In this document: positions 36,430 through 49,100 of the stretch, in pieces
Numbering within the stretch: position 1 is the stretch's first letter
How the letters are laid out: each line of letters begins with the position of its first letter
NCBI GenBank assembly: GCA_051313645.2
Contig: JBNRSN020000011.1
Span: 127,224,001-127,288,000 of the forward strand
Origin: Centroscyllium fabricii
Taxonomy: Eukaryota
Length of the DNA: 64,000 nt
Direction of reading: 5' to 3'
Translations under genes and position numbers: made by a program
The notes under the pieces: generated by a model
What the model was told of the DNA's origin: nothing
Databases searched by the model: none
What the model saw: the letters and a program-made list of their open reading frames with translations, nothing else

Positions 36430-36890
36430 TGCCTAAGAAAGTCAAATGGTTCCACATTAACCAAACAAAACTTTTACAGCCCACCAGCAGGTCAAGAACA
36501 CAGCAGGCAATGATCATGAGCCTGGTGAGGCAGACTTGCCCTATTGAAAGTGATGAGGCAGAGGAGGCGCCCAATGTAGCGCCTCCCCCGCCTGGTGTGT
36601 TGCCTGCACAGTTACCGTATAATTTGAGGACGCTTCCCCGACGTCCTCCAAAACGGTACAGGCTATATAGGTCCAAACTGGTCACTCGCTGGTGTTAGTA
36701 TGTATGTCTGCTCATGCTTGTTCGTTGAAGCTTATGCTTGCGTGTAAACTTGATTTTATGCTTGATGGTAAACTTGATTGCTTTTAAGTAAAGAAGTATT
36801 TAATGTGAAATCTTTGCCTCATTGTCTTCATTCTGGTTCAGGTCCAAACTCTAACTGTCAGACCGGGATACCGTAAAGGGCCTAGTCTTA

Positions 36891-38730
36891 GCTGCCCTGG
36901 TAGACCCGTTGTTTCAGCCTCTTCTTGCCCCACGGAACTGATTTCTTCCTATCTCAACCCTATTTTTTCTCCCCTTGTCCAGTCTCTTCCCACCTACATT
37001 CGCGACTCTTCTGATGCCCTCCACCACTTTAACAGTTTCCAGTTTCCTGGTCCCAACCATCTCCTTTTCACTATGGACGTCCAATCGCTCAACACCTCCA
37101 TCCCCCACCAGGATGGCCTGAGGGCACTCCGCTTCTTCCTTGAACAGAGGCCCAACCAGTTCACATCCACCACCAACCTCCTCTGCCTGGCTGAACTTGT
37201 TCTCACATTGAACAACTTCTCCTTTGACTCCACTCACTTCCTCCAAATTAAAGGTGTTGCTATGGGAACCCACATGGGTCTGAGCTATGCCTGCCTTTTC
37301 GTGGGATATGTGGAATATTCTTTGTTCCAGTCCTACTCAGGCCCCCTCCCTCACCTCTTTTTCCGGTACATTGATGACTGTATTGGTGCCGTTTCCTGCT
37401 CTCGCCCTGAACTAGAAAATGTCATTCACTTTGCTTCCAATTTCCACCCTTCCCTCACCATCACATGGTCTATCTCCGACTCTTCCCTTCCCTTCCTTGA
37501 CTTCTCTGTCTCCATTTCAGGCAATAGGATATCGACAAACATCCACTACAAGCCCACCGACTCCCACAGCTACCTGGATTACATTTCCTCCCACCCCGCC
37601 TCCTGTAAGGACTCTCTTCCATTCTCCCAGTTTCTCCGTCTCCGCTGCATCTGCTCTGATGATGCCACCTTCCATACCAGTGCTTCCGACATGTCTTCCT
37701 TTTTCCTCAACCGAGGATTCTCCTCTACCGTGGTTGACACGGCCCTCGACCGGGTCCGTTCCATTTCCTGCACTTTTGCTTTCACCTCTTCTCCTTCCCA
37801 GAACCACGATAGGGTTCCCCTTATCCTCACCTTTCACCCCACCAGCCTCCACATTCAACAGATCATCCGCCGCCATTTCCGCCACCTCCAACGTGATCCC
37901 ACCACCAAACGCATCTTCCCCTCCCCTTTCAGCATTCCGAAGGGACCGCTCCCTCCGCAACACCCTGGTCCAATCCTCAGCCCCTACCCTCCCCATGGCA
38001 CCTTCCTGTGCAAGCGCAGGAGATGCAACACCTGCCCTTTTACCTCCTCCCTTCCCACTGTCCAGGGCCCCAAACACCCCTTCCAGGTGAAACAGCGATT
38101 TACTTGTACTTCTTGCAATTTAGTATACTGTATTCACTGCTCACGATGCGGTCTCCTCTACACTGGGGAGACCAAACGCAGACTGGTGACCGCTTTGCGG
38201 AACACCTCCGTTCAGTCTGTAAGGGTGACCCTGAGCTTCCGGTTACCTGTCACTGTAATTCTCTGCTCCACTCCCACTCTGATCTCTCTGTCCTCGGCCT
38301 CTTACACTGTTCCAATGAAGCTCAACGTAAGCTCGAGGAACAGCACCTCATCTTTCGATTGGGCATTTTACAGCCTTCTGTACGCAACATCGAGTTCAAC
38401 AATTTCAGACTATAACCTCTGCCCCCATTTTTCATCGGCAGCTGTTGATGATTCTGCCATCCCCATTTGCAACATTTAATCTCTCCTGCCTTCCACCCTA
38501 TCACAGACCGTCTCTTCTGTTCCTTCCTCTCCTCCCCCCACCCACTTCCTCTGCCTCTGCACCTGCTTAAACTCTGTCACATCCTTAACTTTTTCCAGTT
38601 CTGATGAAGGGTCCCAGACCTGAAACGTTAACTCTGTTTCTCTCTCCACAGATGCTGCCTGGCCTGCTGAGTGTTTCCAGCATTTTCTGTTGTTGTTTCA
38701 GATTGACAGCATCCGCAGTATTTTGCTATT
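36891..38730 (+). mobile_element. Second Penelope-like element (decayed RT plus GIY-YIG)
   Basis: MDVQSLNTSIP, GVAMGT, RYIDD, LPFLD, YKPTDS and LVYCIHCSRCGLLYTGET motifs; frameshifted. Confidence 0.9.
38597..38633 (+). ncRNA. Minimal hammerhead ribozyme of the second PLE family
   Basis: AGUU-CUGAUGA-AGGGUCCCAGACCU-GAAA-CGUU-AACU, with palindromic ACGU. Confidence 0.75.
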
Positions 38731-39712
38731 GTCCTCAAAGCTTGATTGGTTTTGTTTACAACTGTCTCAGATTGACTGAATGACCAGGACTTACATCCAC
38801 CTTTCCTCATACCATCCGTTTTGAATTATGTGTTTCATGTTTCTGATACTGAGGTACTTTACCTTACATTGTTTGCATATTAAATTCCATCTGCCATTTC
38901 CTTGTCCATCTATTTTATTAAGTTGACATTTCACTGAATACTATGGCTCCCTTTACACTGAGATATGTTTTACTCAAGAAATGTCAAAATCGGTTTTACG
39001 TGGCCAATTAAGAATATTAAAAAGAAATGAAAATGTAAAGTCAAAAGATAAAACAAAACTCACTCATGCAGACGGCATCTTCAGAATTAACAAAAAGCAG
39101 GATTGTTAAACCAGCATCTGATGTAACAAACTTACAAAACCCCTAAGCCATTGCCTTAATAACCCCATTCAAGGGCAGCCAAACATCAGCAAGTTAACAA
39201 AACCCCTTAAACTGTTGCTTAGGTAATTCTATTTAAGGACAGCCAGGTGCCACTGGGGCCAAATCCAGCTTTGGAATTCATAACTAAGTTGTCTCCAGAC
39301 CAGATTTTTGTGGTTTCTCAGTTTCCAATGCAACTTATATGCCTCAAAATGCTTGCGAGATGAAGGCGTTAACAACTGTAGAACAACTGTAAACATTGCC
39401 GCTGTTGTTTTACAGGAATGGGCTGGTGGAGGTAAAGAGTGCTTGAGTGCAGAACATGAATTATGTATGGACAATAATCTGCTTATGTGTATGTCAGGTA
39501 TTATATCATCAATTTAATTTGTGATTTCCTTTTTTCCTGCATTTATTTATGCCTGTCAACTCTTGTGTACTTTACATGAATGCACAATTATGCATTCCTA
39601 GCCAAAAAAAGCTCCCTTCACGTGAGAATCTATTTCATTTAAGAATTTATTTTTCTTTATTTCAAAATCTTTTGTGCAGTTTGAAGGTTACATGAAGTCC
39701 AGCACTACTAGC

Positions 39713-40165
39713 TGTCAGCTGTGGCTCAGTGAGCAGCACACTCGCCTGATGTTAGAAGGTTGTGGATTCAAGTCTCACTCCAGAGACTCAAGCATAAAAA
39801 TCTAGGCTGAAACTCCAATGCAGTACTGAGGGAGTGCTGCACTGTCGGAGGTGCCATCTTTCAGATGAGATATTAAAGCAAGGCTCCATCTGCTCTCTCA
39901 GGTGGACATTAAAGATCCCACGGCACTACTTTGAAGAAGAGCAGGGGAGTGATCGCTAGTGTCCTGGCCAATATTTATCCCTCAATCAACATAACAATAA
40001 TAGTTTATCTGGTCACATTGCTGTTTATGGGATCTTGCTGTGCACAAATTGGCTGCTGCGTTTCCCACATTACAACAGTGACTACACTCCAAAATGTACT
40101 TCATTGGCCGCAAAGCGCTTTGAGATGTCTGGTGGTCGTGAAAGGCGCTATATAAATGCAAGTTT
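39713..40165 (+). mobile_element. tRNA-derived Deu-domain SINE (SacSINE1-like)
   Basis: A/B-box-like head (TGGCTCAGTG..GATTCAAGTC), Deu-like core CTGTCGGAGGTGCCATCTTTC..CAGGTGGAC, and L2-like tail. Confidence 0.85.
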
Positions 40166-40968
40166 TTCTTCATTTTTTCATTAAGGTTCAAAATGTTATG
40201 TAAATGACACAATGGATTCATAATGCTTTTCCAATGTCTGAACACTGCTCATTTCAAACAGAAAGGAAGTTCTAAAGTCAGCCATGACAGGTCTTTTTTT
40301 TTAAAGAGGCATCTGCTTAGTAGCAGCGACGAGCAGTATTTTGTCCCAGCCATGAAGCTATACTCACACTGAAGCTATACTCACCTTCTTAAATCCTCAC
40401 TTATCTCCCATCTGTGGTGTTTGCCAAAGGAACTGTAATTACCAGAAACTGTGATAGATCTCGGCAGTCTCCTTCAAACAGACCTTGAAAAGACAAGGTT
40501 GGCTCTGTCAGTGTTTGCCTTGGTGAACTCTGCCATGAAGTTTTATGTCGCTAGGTCATTCCACATGACAGCAGGAGATATGTGATGAATGTTCTAACCT
40601 ACAGTACACAGTACACAGCTTCACCGCATGGGCGGTAATCTGGTGGAGTAGATTGCTGCCCCTTGTAGAATCCGCCCGACTTTCATCTTATTGGGTATTT
40701 ATTTCCTTTCTGGGTTTGTAATCAGGAATTTTCAGCAGTCAAAATCATCTGAACCATATAAATTAAGTAGAATTGAAAATTTTTGGTCGCTTTTGAAATC
40801 AGTTCATTTGGCCAAATATGTTGGTGCCAAATTCAATGAAGGTAGAATTGAGCTATATCACCAACTATGACAAAAGTGCCTTCAGATTAGAATGCTCTCA
40901 GGAAAATATATAGTTACATTCACAGCAATGTATTGATCTGTATTTTTTTCCATTTCAGGGGTGGCTGA

Positions 40969-41444
40969 AAGAAAGAAAGACTTGCATTTATATAGCGCCT
41001 TTTACAACCACCCAGATGTCGCAAAGTGCTCTTTCAGCCAGTGAAGTACTTTTGGCGTGTAATCACTGTTGTAATAGAAACATAGAAACATAGAAGATAG
41101 GAGCAGGAGTAGGCCATTCGGCCCTTCGAGCCTGCTCCGCCATTTAATGAGATCATGGCTGATCTTTGGCTGATCTTTCAAGTAATGTGGGAGACACAGC
41201 AGCCAATTTGCACACAGCAAGCTCCCACAAACAGCAATGTGATAATGACCAGATAATCAGCTTTTGTTATGTTGATTGAGGGATAAGTATTGGCCAGGAT
41301 ACCGGGGATAACTCCCCTGCTCTTTTTCAAAATTGTAACAAGTCACACAACACCAGGTTATAGTCCAACAGTCTTATTTGAAATCACAAGCTTTCGGAGC
41401 GCTGCTCCTTCCTCAGGTGAAGTGACGAGATTCATTTAAACATA

Positions 41445-41523
<79 letters not shown>

Positions 41524-41845
41524 AATGTGGTCTCTCCAACTGTTTCACATCACACCTCAGCTGAGAGACATCAAAGCAATCAAAGGTGTTCTAACAGTCA
41601 GCCTGAGATCAAAATCAAACTACTTTTTCAAAATAGCGCCATGGGAACTTTTACCTCCACCTGAGAGAGCAGACGGGGCCTCGGTTTAGCATCTCATCCG
41701 AAAGATGACCCCTCCGACAGTGCCGCACTCCAATGACTGGAGTGTCAGTCTAGATTTATGTGCTCAACTCCCTGGGGTGAGATTTAGAATCCACAACTTT
41801 CTGACTCAGAGGCGAGTGTGCTACCCACTGAACCACAGCTGACAC
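40969..41845 (-). mobile_element. Deu-domain SINE, minus strand, with two nested insertions
   Basis: Reverse complement of the 39713 family; interrupted by a CR1-type tail (~41075-41165) and a PLE end (~41333-41622). Confidence 0.85.
41333..41622 (-). mobile_element. Penelope 3'-end fragment with hammerhead (41384-41420) and (TA)n(GA)n microsatellite
   Basis: Minus strand reads UCAC-CUGAGGA-AGGAGCAGCGCUCC-GAAA-GCUU-GUGA; flanking direct repeat CTTTTTCAAAAT. Confidence 0.85.
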
Positions 41846-42611
41846 AGATGAAAATATACCCCGATATGGTTGGTAAAAAAAATGGCAAGTACCACCAGTA
41901 CAGCTCAAGTGTCCGCTGGTCTCCTTGACATGCTTTCCATCAACTTGTTCCATTTCAACCATGAAATACTGCATAGCCAATGATGAGAGTTTAACAAATA
42001 CATTCTTGTGCTCTTAAAGGTAATATGGGAAATTAGAGAATGGTTTTGACATTCTGCACCCAGTATCAGGATCATGCCCTCCCAGTTTAAATGTAGTTTG
42101 TGTTAGATGCAAAGTAAACCTCTGTACACATCATTCCCTACATTATGCCATAAACCCTAACCTCAGAAGGACTTTCTAGTGCACCAGTGTGACGTTTCAT
42201 CTTCCACCCAAGGCATCCTTTTGGTTTCTCTGAATACGATTGTCAATTTAATGCCAACTAGAGCCAAACACTGATCGGTTTTATGCCGTAGATGTGAGCC
42301 TACGCTAAACTGGATTTAAGCTGCCCACTCATTCACTTTGTCACATTACTAACCAGCAAAAAGAGAGTCTGTGCTGGATCTGAAGACTGGTCCCAGGGAT
42401 TAAGTGACTGTGCTTCGATCTATTGCGGCACCCAAGCCACCCATTATAGACATATTGCTTTGTACCTCTTTACTTTTTGTCATCAAAAATTATAGTTTTC
42501 AGTTCCAAAAATACACAATAGTTCACCCGTGTCTGATTCTTTTTGGACCTTAGGTAGATTTGCAAGTAGTTTATTCAGAAACTGTCACACCAAGGAATAA
42601 AATATTTATAC

Positions 42612-42745
42612 AAAAGGAAAATACTGCAGATGCTGGAAATCTGAAATAAAGACAGAAAATGCTGGAGACACTCAGCAGGTCAGGCAGCATCTGTGAAGAG
42701 GGAAACAGAGTTAACATTTCAGGTCGATGACCTTTTGTCAGAACT
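42612..42745 (-). mobile_element. PLE 3'-end fragment with a decayed hammerhead
   Basis: Reverse complement of ~38597-38730; core mutated to CTGACAA. Confidence 0.7.
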
Positions 42746-43022
42746 ATATTTAATAAAAATATTTATGATGTGCTTCTATTGATAATGTCAACTCACCTGA
42801 GAATTCCTTTGTGAAATAATGCATGTGTTATCATTAACAGCTTCATGAGTAAGAAAGGAATTTACCCTCATGTGTAGGTGGCAGAATGGAATTTCACCAC
42901 GGCTATGCAATCCCAACAGATCTGTGCCAGGAGTGCAAATTCATCAAATTAATCCAATACTGTTAAGAGACAGAAATAATTTCTCAGAAAAGTGTAAGCT
43001 TTTATGAACTGTTTTTTGTTAA

Positions 43023-43789
43023 GGGCCGAAAAATTGGCACTCTAGCACCGGCCCATTAGCATGGGCGCTAACGGGCCGGCGCCAAATTAGCGCTGCAAAT
43101 AGCGCCCCGCGCTAAATTCAGCTGGGCACTAACTTGGGGGCTAACTGGTAGCTCCCCAACGAATTTAGCACCCAGCTGGACGTCGGGAATGGAGTCATCA
43201 GGCCGCACAGCGTCTGGGAGGCACTGTGCGGCCGAAATTGGGCAGCACCCACCGATTTGCCCCTGGGTGCTGCCCGCGCCAGCTTTACCCAGCCCTGACA
43301 GCAGCGCTCAAGCGCTGCTTAAAAGGAAAGTACGGCAGTTGGCCATTTTTATTGCTGGCCGACCGCCAGCACTTTCCCCCTCGGCCTTCTCCGGCCTCCC
43401 CCGCTGCTCCCCGGCGGGGTCAGGCCTCCCTCAGCTGAGCCCGGCATTTCCACTGAGTGCTGGGCTCGTTCTGCGGCTCCTGGTCCCTCGGCGGCCCCGT
43501 GGGGCTCTGGCCGCAGCCGCGCTACGCCCCTCCCCTTTAATGGGGGAGGCTGGCCTGCCGTTCCGCGAGCCGCTGCTGCGACCTGCCTCGCGCAGCGTGG
43601 CGCCCGCGCCCAGATTTTCGGCCGCCTCGCACTAAGAGCGAGGCGGCCCGCCCGATTCATCGCCCGCCCAACCGTAATGGGCGATGCGGCCAATACCAGG
43701 ATTTTTAGCGCAAGCGATGAGCTGGTGCTAAAAATAGCGCATCGCCCAGGTCAGCGCCACAAATTGTGCGCTGACCAGTTTTTCGTCCA
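43023..43789. mobile_element. GC-rich MITE (Harbinger-like)
   Basis: Imperfect TIRs GGCCGAAAAATTGG / CCAGTTTTTCGTCC; composition resembles 2873-3546. Confidence 0.55.
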
Positions 43790-44527
43790 ATTTGTCATAA
43801 TACTAATAGTAGAAGCCTGCACTAAAATGCACTGCAAAGCAAACAGCACAGCTTAAAAGCATTTGATCCTTCTAAAAGCTCACTCCTGCCCTTTAAACTG
43901 GAGGATGAGACTTACCGCCCCATTCCTGCTGGAATCCCGCTGGCCAGTATTTTAACTGCTCACTGCAGTTGGTGGCTCAGCCGCTCACCGGAAGCATGCA
44001 GGAGCCTCATGAATTTATGCACATCGAGGTCCTATTACGTTAATGGGACCCTAATTGCACTTTAACCCTAACCCTGAGTGGGAAGCCAGGTGAAGGCAGG
44101 CTGGCAGTTGTCAGGAGGATGAAAAGCCTCTCCAAGGCTCCTGTGTGGGGCCAGGAGCAGCAGAAGTTGTTCCACCTGCATACTCCCGGAAATCATGTGG
44201 TACCATCCTCAATCTGCCAATATGTGCCATTGGCATGCAAGGCACTCTGCCAACAGCGTAAACACAGAAAATCAGCCAAAACAGGTATCTTTGCTTTGTG
44301 GTTTAGTGTTGTACATTATTCTCTATGCCCTAGCCATTACTGTCTACAGAAACCTGTTTCTTACCCACATTATTAATCAAAAGGTTTTTCTTTTCAGAGA
44401 AGTGTCGTGAGAGCTGTGCTATGTTTTAAAGTCTCCTATCTTACAAACATCTCTACACATCAAGTCTCTATTGTTTATCTATTCCCTAAACTGAATTATT
44501 CCCTTCCTATCTTTGTACAGCATTAAA

Positions 44528-44965
44528 GGAAAGACTTGTATTTATATAGCACTTTTCACCACCACCGGACAGCTCGAAGAGCTTTATAGCCAATGAAGTA
44601 CTTCTTTCGCTGTAATGTAGGAAACGCGGCAGTCAATTTGCGCACAGCAAGGTCCCACAAACAGCAATGTGATAATGATCAGATAATCTCTTTTTCTTAT
44701 GCTGGTTGAGGGATAAATATTGGCCAGGACACCTGCTCTTTTTCAAAATAGTGCCATGAGATTGTTTACGTCCACCTGAGGGAGCAGACGAGGCCTCGGT
44801 TTAACGCCTAATCTGAAAGACGGCACCTCCGACAGTGCAGCACTCCCTCAGAACTGCACTGGAATATCAGCCTAGCTTTATGTGTTCAAGTCTCTGGAGT
44901 GGGAATTGAACTCACAAACTATCTGACTCAGAGGCGAGTGTGCTATCAACTGAGCCACTGCTGAC
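44528..44965 (-). mobile_element. Deu-domain SINE, minus strand
   Basis: Reverse complement of the 39713 family. Confidence 0.85.
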
Positions 44966-45506
44966 ACTAAAGTAAAGGACATTAAAGGGCCAGTAAAAAT
45001 GTATCAATATTCTCAAGAATAGGTGAGTCTCCGCACCGTGCCACAATGGATCAGTTGGTAAAGCTAATGTATAACTGAAGCGTAGAGTAAGGACAAAGCA
45101 ATACTGTGGCTTTACCGCCACCTTATTTGACTTTGAATGCAGTGCTATATAAATGACCTTTCTACAGGTGTGATTAGTCACATAGAAAACATTCCATCAG
45201 ACATAAAATGGTGAGTGATTCCCACAGCTGTCCTGCCAAATTTGTCAGGTATTGAAAAACAAAAAGGTGGGAATCCTGTCCGAAACAGAATATAGAAAAA
45301 AGAAATAATAATTTACATAAAAGATTGGTTGTTGACACTCTGCCAATGAAGTGAACAGTAAAATATTCCTCTGGCGTTTCCACATTGGGGAAATACTGTG
45401 TACATGTAGATAAATCTGTATAATCCCCTTTAACTGCTGTTTCCCCCCTCCCCTTTAAGAGAGAGGGAAAACCAATCATGTAACCTGCCCATAACATCAT
45501 CACACG

Positions 45507-45993
45507 TCACCAACTTCTACCGCTGCACAATTGAAAGCATACTGACAAACTGCATCACAGTCTGGTATGGAAACTGCACCATCTCGGAACGGAAGGCCCT
45601 GCAGCGGGTAGTCAAAACTGCCCAACGAATCACCGGCACCCAGCTACTATCAATTGAAAGCATCTACCTGAAACGCTGCCTACGGAGGTCTCAGAACATT
45701 ATTAAAGACCCCACAAACCCCAGCCATAGTCTGTTCGCCCCCCTGCCCTCCGGGAGACGCTGCAGATCAATTTGCACCCGCACGACCAGATTCAAGAACA
45801 GCTTCTTCCCCAGGGCTGTCAGCCTCCTGAACTCTAACAAAAAACTCCATTATCCGCACACTTGAAGTGCGCTTTATTGTATGCTACCCATGTTATGTAA
45901 CCTATTTGCACTACTCTCGGGAGCGGCAAATCTACATTTCATTGTATTGTACTAGTACACTGCAATGACAATAAAATTGAATTGAATTGAATT
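45507..45993 (+). mobile_element. Rex1 LINE 3' fragment
   Basis: Homologous to 32606-33104; (TTGAA)n tail. Confidence 0.9.
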
Positions 45994-46108
45994 TACGAAT
46001 TCAGTTTGTACAGTTGAGAGTTGGAGTAAAGACCTGTTTATAGTAGCTTGCTGTGTTGGCTGTTTCTTTGCAGTGGAGACCGTAGTCTCCCCACATTGGT
46101 GACCCTTA

Positions 46109-49100
46109 ATGTCAGCGGCCGAAGCCACCAACTCACGCAGCCCGACTGAGGCCAGCAACGACGCGATTTCAGCCAGCAGCAGCCCAATGGTGGCCAGCGC
46201 CGTGGCCTTGAAGCTCCCTACCTTCTGGGAGCACCAAGCGCCCACTTGGTTCATGCACACGGAGGCCCAATTTGCCCTTCGTAGGGTACACAATGATGAA
46301 GAGAGGTACCTCCATGTAATCTCAGCACTGGCAAGCTCCACCGCCGCCGAGGTCATCGGCCTTCTGGTGAACCCCCCAGAGACTGGCAAGTACTCAACCA
46401 TTAAGGACAGATTGCTGCAAGCATACAGCCTGTCCAAGGAGGAGAGGGCCCGCAGACTTCTCTCATTGGCAGGCTTCGGCGACTCCACCCCGACCCAGTT
46501 GATGAGCCGGATGTTTGCCCTCCTGGGCTCTGAACCGCAGTGTTTCTTGTTTTGGGCCCTTTTCCTCAGCCAGCTTCCTCAGCAAGTGCAGGCTGCTCCC
46601 GCGGGGTCCCCGATCATGGACTGCGTTAAACTAGCGGCCACCGCGGACAAAGCCTTTGCCATCGCCCAACTCGGCTGCGCAGACACGAGGCTCCCCTCCC
46701 CCACCGAGCGCGCGCCACCACACCAGGCCACAGGCCTATGCTACTACCACACACGTTTCGGCCCCAAGGCCCACCGCTGCAGATCGCCCTGCTCTTTCGA
46801 CCAAACAAAAAAGGCCTCCCAACCCGACGCACCAGCTTCTTGTCGTCGTCTGGTCCCTTTCGAACGCACCCCCACCGCCGCAATGGCCGTTGGCTCTGCA
46901 GGAAAGCTGCTTTACATAACCGACTCCCTCTCAGGATGCAGATTCCTTTGTGACACTGGAGCCCAATGCAGTATAATTCCTGCCTTCCAGCTCGACATCC
47001 AAGCAGGGCACAGTGGCCCACCCCTCGTGGTTGCAAATGGCGCCGCCATCACCACTTTTGGAAAGTGGCGCGCTGAAGTTTGCTTCAATGGGTAAAGATT
47101 CAATTGGGATTTCGTGACTGCCGCGATGGCACATCCCCTGCTAGGCGCCGATTTTCTTTGCCCCCACAGTCTCCTAGTCGACATCCGCGACAGGCACCTG
47201 ATCAACGCAGCCACCTTTAATTAATTGTCTTGTCAGCAGAGCAACAGCCCAGCCCTTGTTTGGTCCTGCTCCTCGCTGGCGCGCGATGACTACGCCCAAC
47301 TCCTCGCAGATTTCTTGGGGCTCACTCAGCCGACCTTCACAGCCACTGCAACCAAGCATGGTATCGAGTGCCACATCGCCACCATGGGACCACCGGTTTA
47401 CGCCCGACCCAGACGCCTAGACCCGGCCAAGATGGTGGTGGCCAAAGAAGAATTTGCCACCATGGAGAAACTGGGCATCATCCACCGCTCAAACAGCCCC
47501 TGGTCGTCCCCCTTCCACATCGTGCCCAAACCGGGCAGAGGCTGGCGACTACAGACGGCTCAATGACACCACCATGCCCGACAGATACCCCATGCCGCAC
47601 ATCCAAGACTTCTCGACGCACCTGGCTGGAAAATTCATTTTTTCCAGGGTCGACCTGATCCGAGACTACCATCAGGTCCCTGTCCACCATGCAGACATCC
47701 AGAAGACGGCAGTCATCACCCCCTTTGGACTATTTGAGTTAGTGCGCTGACCCTTCGGGCTGAAGAACACCGCGCAGGCCTTCCAACGGCTCATGGACTC
47801 CGTCCTCCGGGACCTGAACTTCTTGTTTGTCTATCTGGATTACATCCTCGTGGCCAGCACCAGCAAGGCAGAGCACATCGCGCACTTGCGTTCTCTTTTC
47901 CAGCGCCTGAGCCAGCATGGGCTAATTGTCAACCCGGCCAAATCCCAGTTTCGATTGGCTCAAATCGATTTCCTCGGCCACAGAATCTTGCCAACGGGAG
48001 CCATTCCCCTACCTTCAAAGGTGCAGGCGGTGTTGGATTTTCCCCAGCCCACCTCGGCCAAGGCGTTGCAAGAACTTTTGGGGATGGTCAACTTCTACCA
48101 CCGCTTCGTGCCCAAGGCCGCCTTACTGATGCGCCCCCTCTACGAGGCCACCAGGGGCAAAACGGACAAAGGACAACTCGCCTGGTCCAGCGAGATGGCG
48201 TCAGCTTTCCGCCAGACAAAACACGCCTTGGCCAAAGCCACGCTACTGGCCCACGCCATCCCGGGCACCAAGGTCGCCTTCACCACAGACATCTCAGACT
48301 ATGCCGTTGCCGCCGTCCAACAGCAGTGGGTCGAAGGCGCGTGGCAGCTACTGGCATTTTTCAGCCGCCAGCTGCGCAAGAATGAGCAGTCCTACGGCAC
48401 GTTCGACAGAGAGCTCCTGGTCCTGTTCCTGGCGATCCGCCACGTCCACTTCCTCCTGGAAGGCCGGCCGTTCACCGCGTTTGTGGACCACAAGCCACTC
48501 ACTTTCGCCATGGCCAAAACAACCGAACCCTGGTCCGCGCGCCAACAGCACCAACTCAACTTCATTTCGGAGTTCACTATGGACATCAACCACGTGGCCA
48601 GCAAAGGCAATTTGGTGGCCAACTGCCTCTCAAGACCCTCACTCCACGCAGTGCACCTGGGCGTCGACTACGCCAGCATGGCAAGGGACCAGGCCGCGGA
48701 TGCGGAGATCCAGGCCCTCAGGTCATCGTCCAACAGCCTCAGCCTGGCCCATATCCACTTCCACACAGCTGGCACAACCCTTCTGTGCGACGTTTCAGTC
48801 CCCTCACCTCGGCCGGTCATTCCTTCCGCCTGCCGCAAGTGGGTTTTCGACGTTATCCACGGCCTCTCACAGCCAGGGATGCGAACATCCCAGAAACTCA
48901 TGACCGCCAAGTTCGTCTGGCCTGGACTCCACAAGGATGTGATGGACTGGACTAATACATGCGTGGTGTGTCAGCGCGCCAAGGTCCAGCAGCACACCAA
49001 GGCTCCATTGGAGTTCTTCCCAGTGCCCGAGAGGCATTTCGACCACGTCTATATCGATCTGGTAGGCCCCTTACCGCCGTCGCACAGGTTCACACACCTT

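Larger units (their letters stand above)
33560..36480 (+). pseudogene. pol: Provirus F integrase (split by a LINE at 34194-35903)
   Basis: H..GHPG..C..C zinc finger, IDFIGPLP, VESDQGSHF, SSGIVER; resumes KWDDVLPLILMGIRS after the LINE; GPF module near 36245. Confidence 0.85.
18486..36890 (+). mobile_element. Degenerate retrovirus-like provirus F hosting many nested insertions
   Basis: 5' LTR 18486-19156 (TGTAAGA...TCTTACA); PBS TGGTGCCCGAAGAGGAAC (15/18 match to the tRNA-Lys3-type PBS); gag, RT, RH, RH and IN remnants that rejoin across insertions; truncated and diverged 3' LTR at ~36676-36890. Confidence 0.8.

Noticed and set aside
39713-39785. tRNA gene
   Set aside because: It is the degenerate tRNA-derived head of a SINE, continuous with the SINE body.
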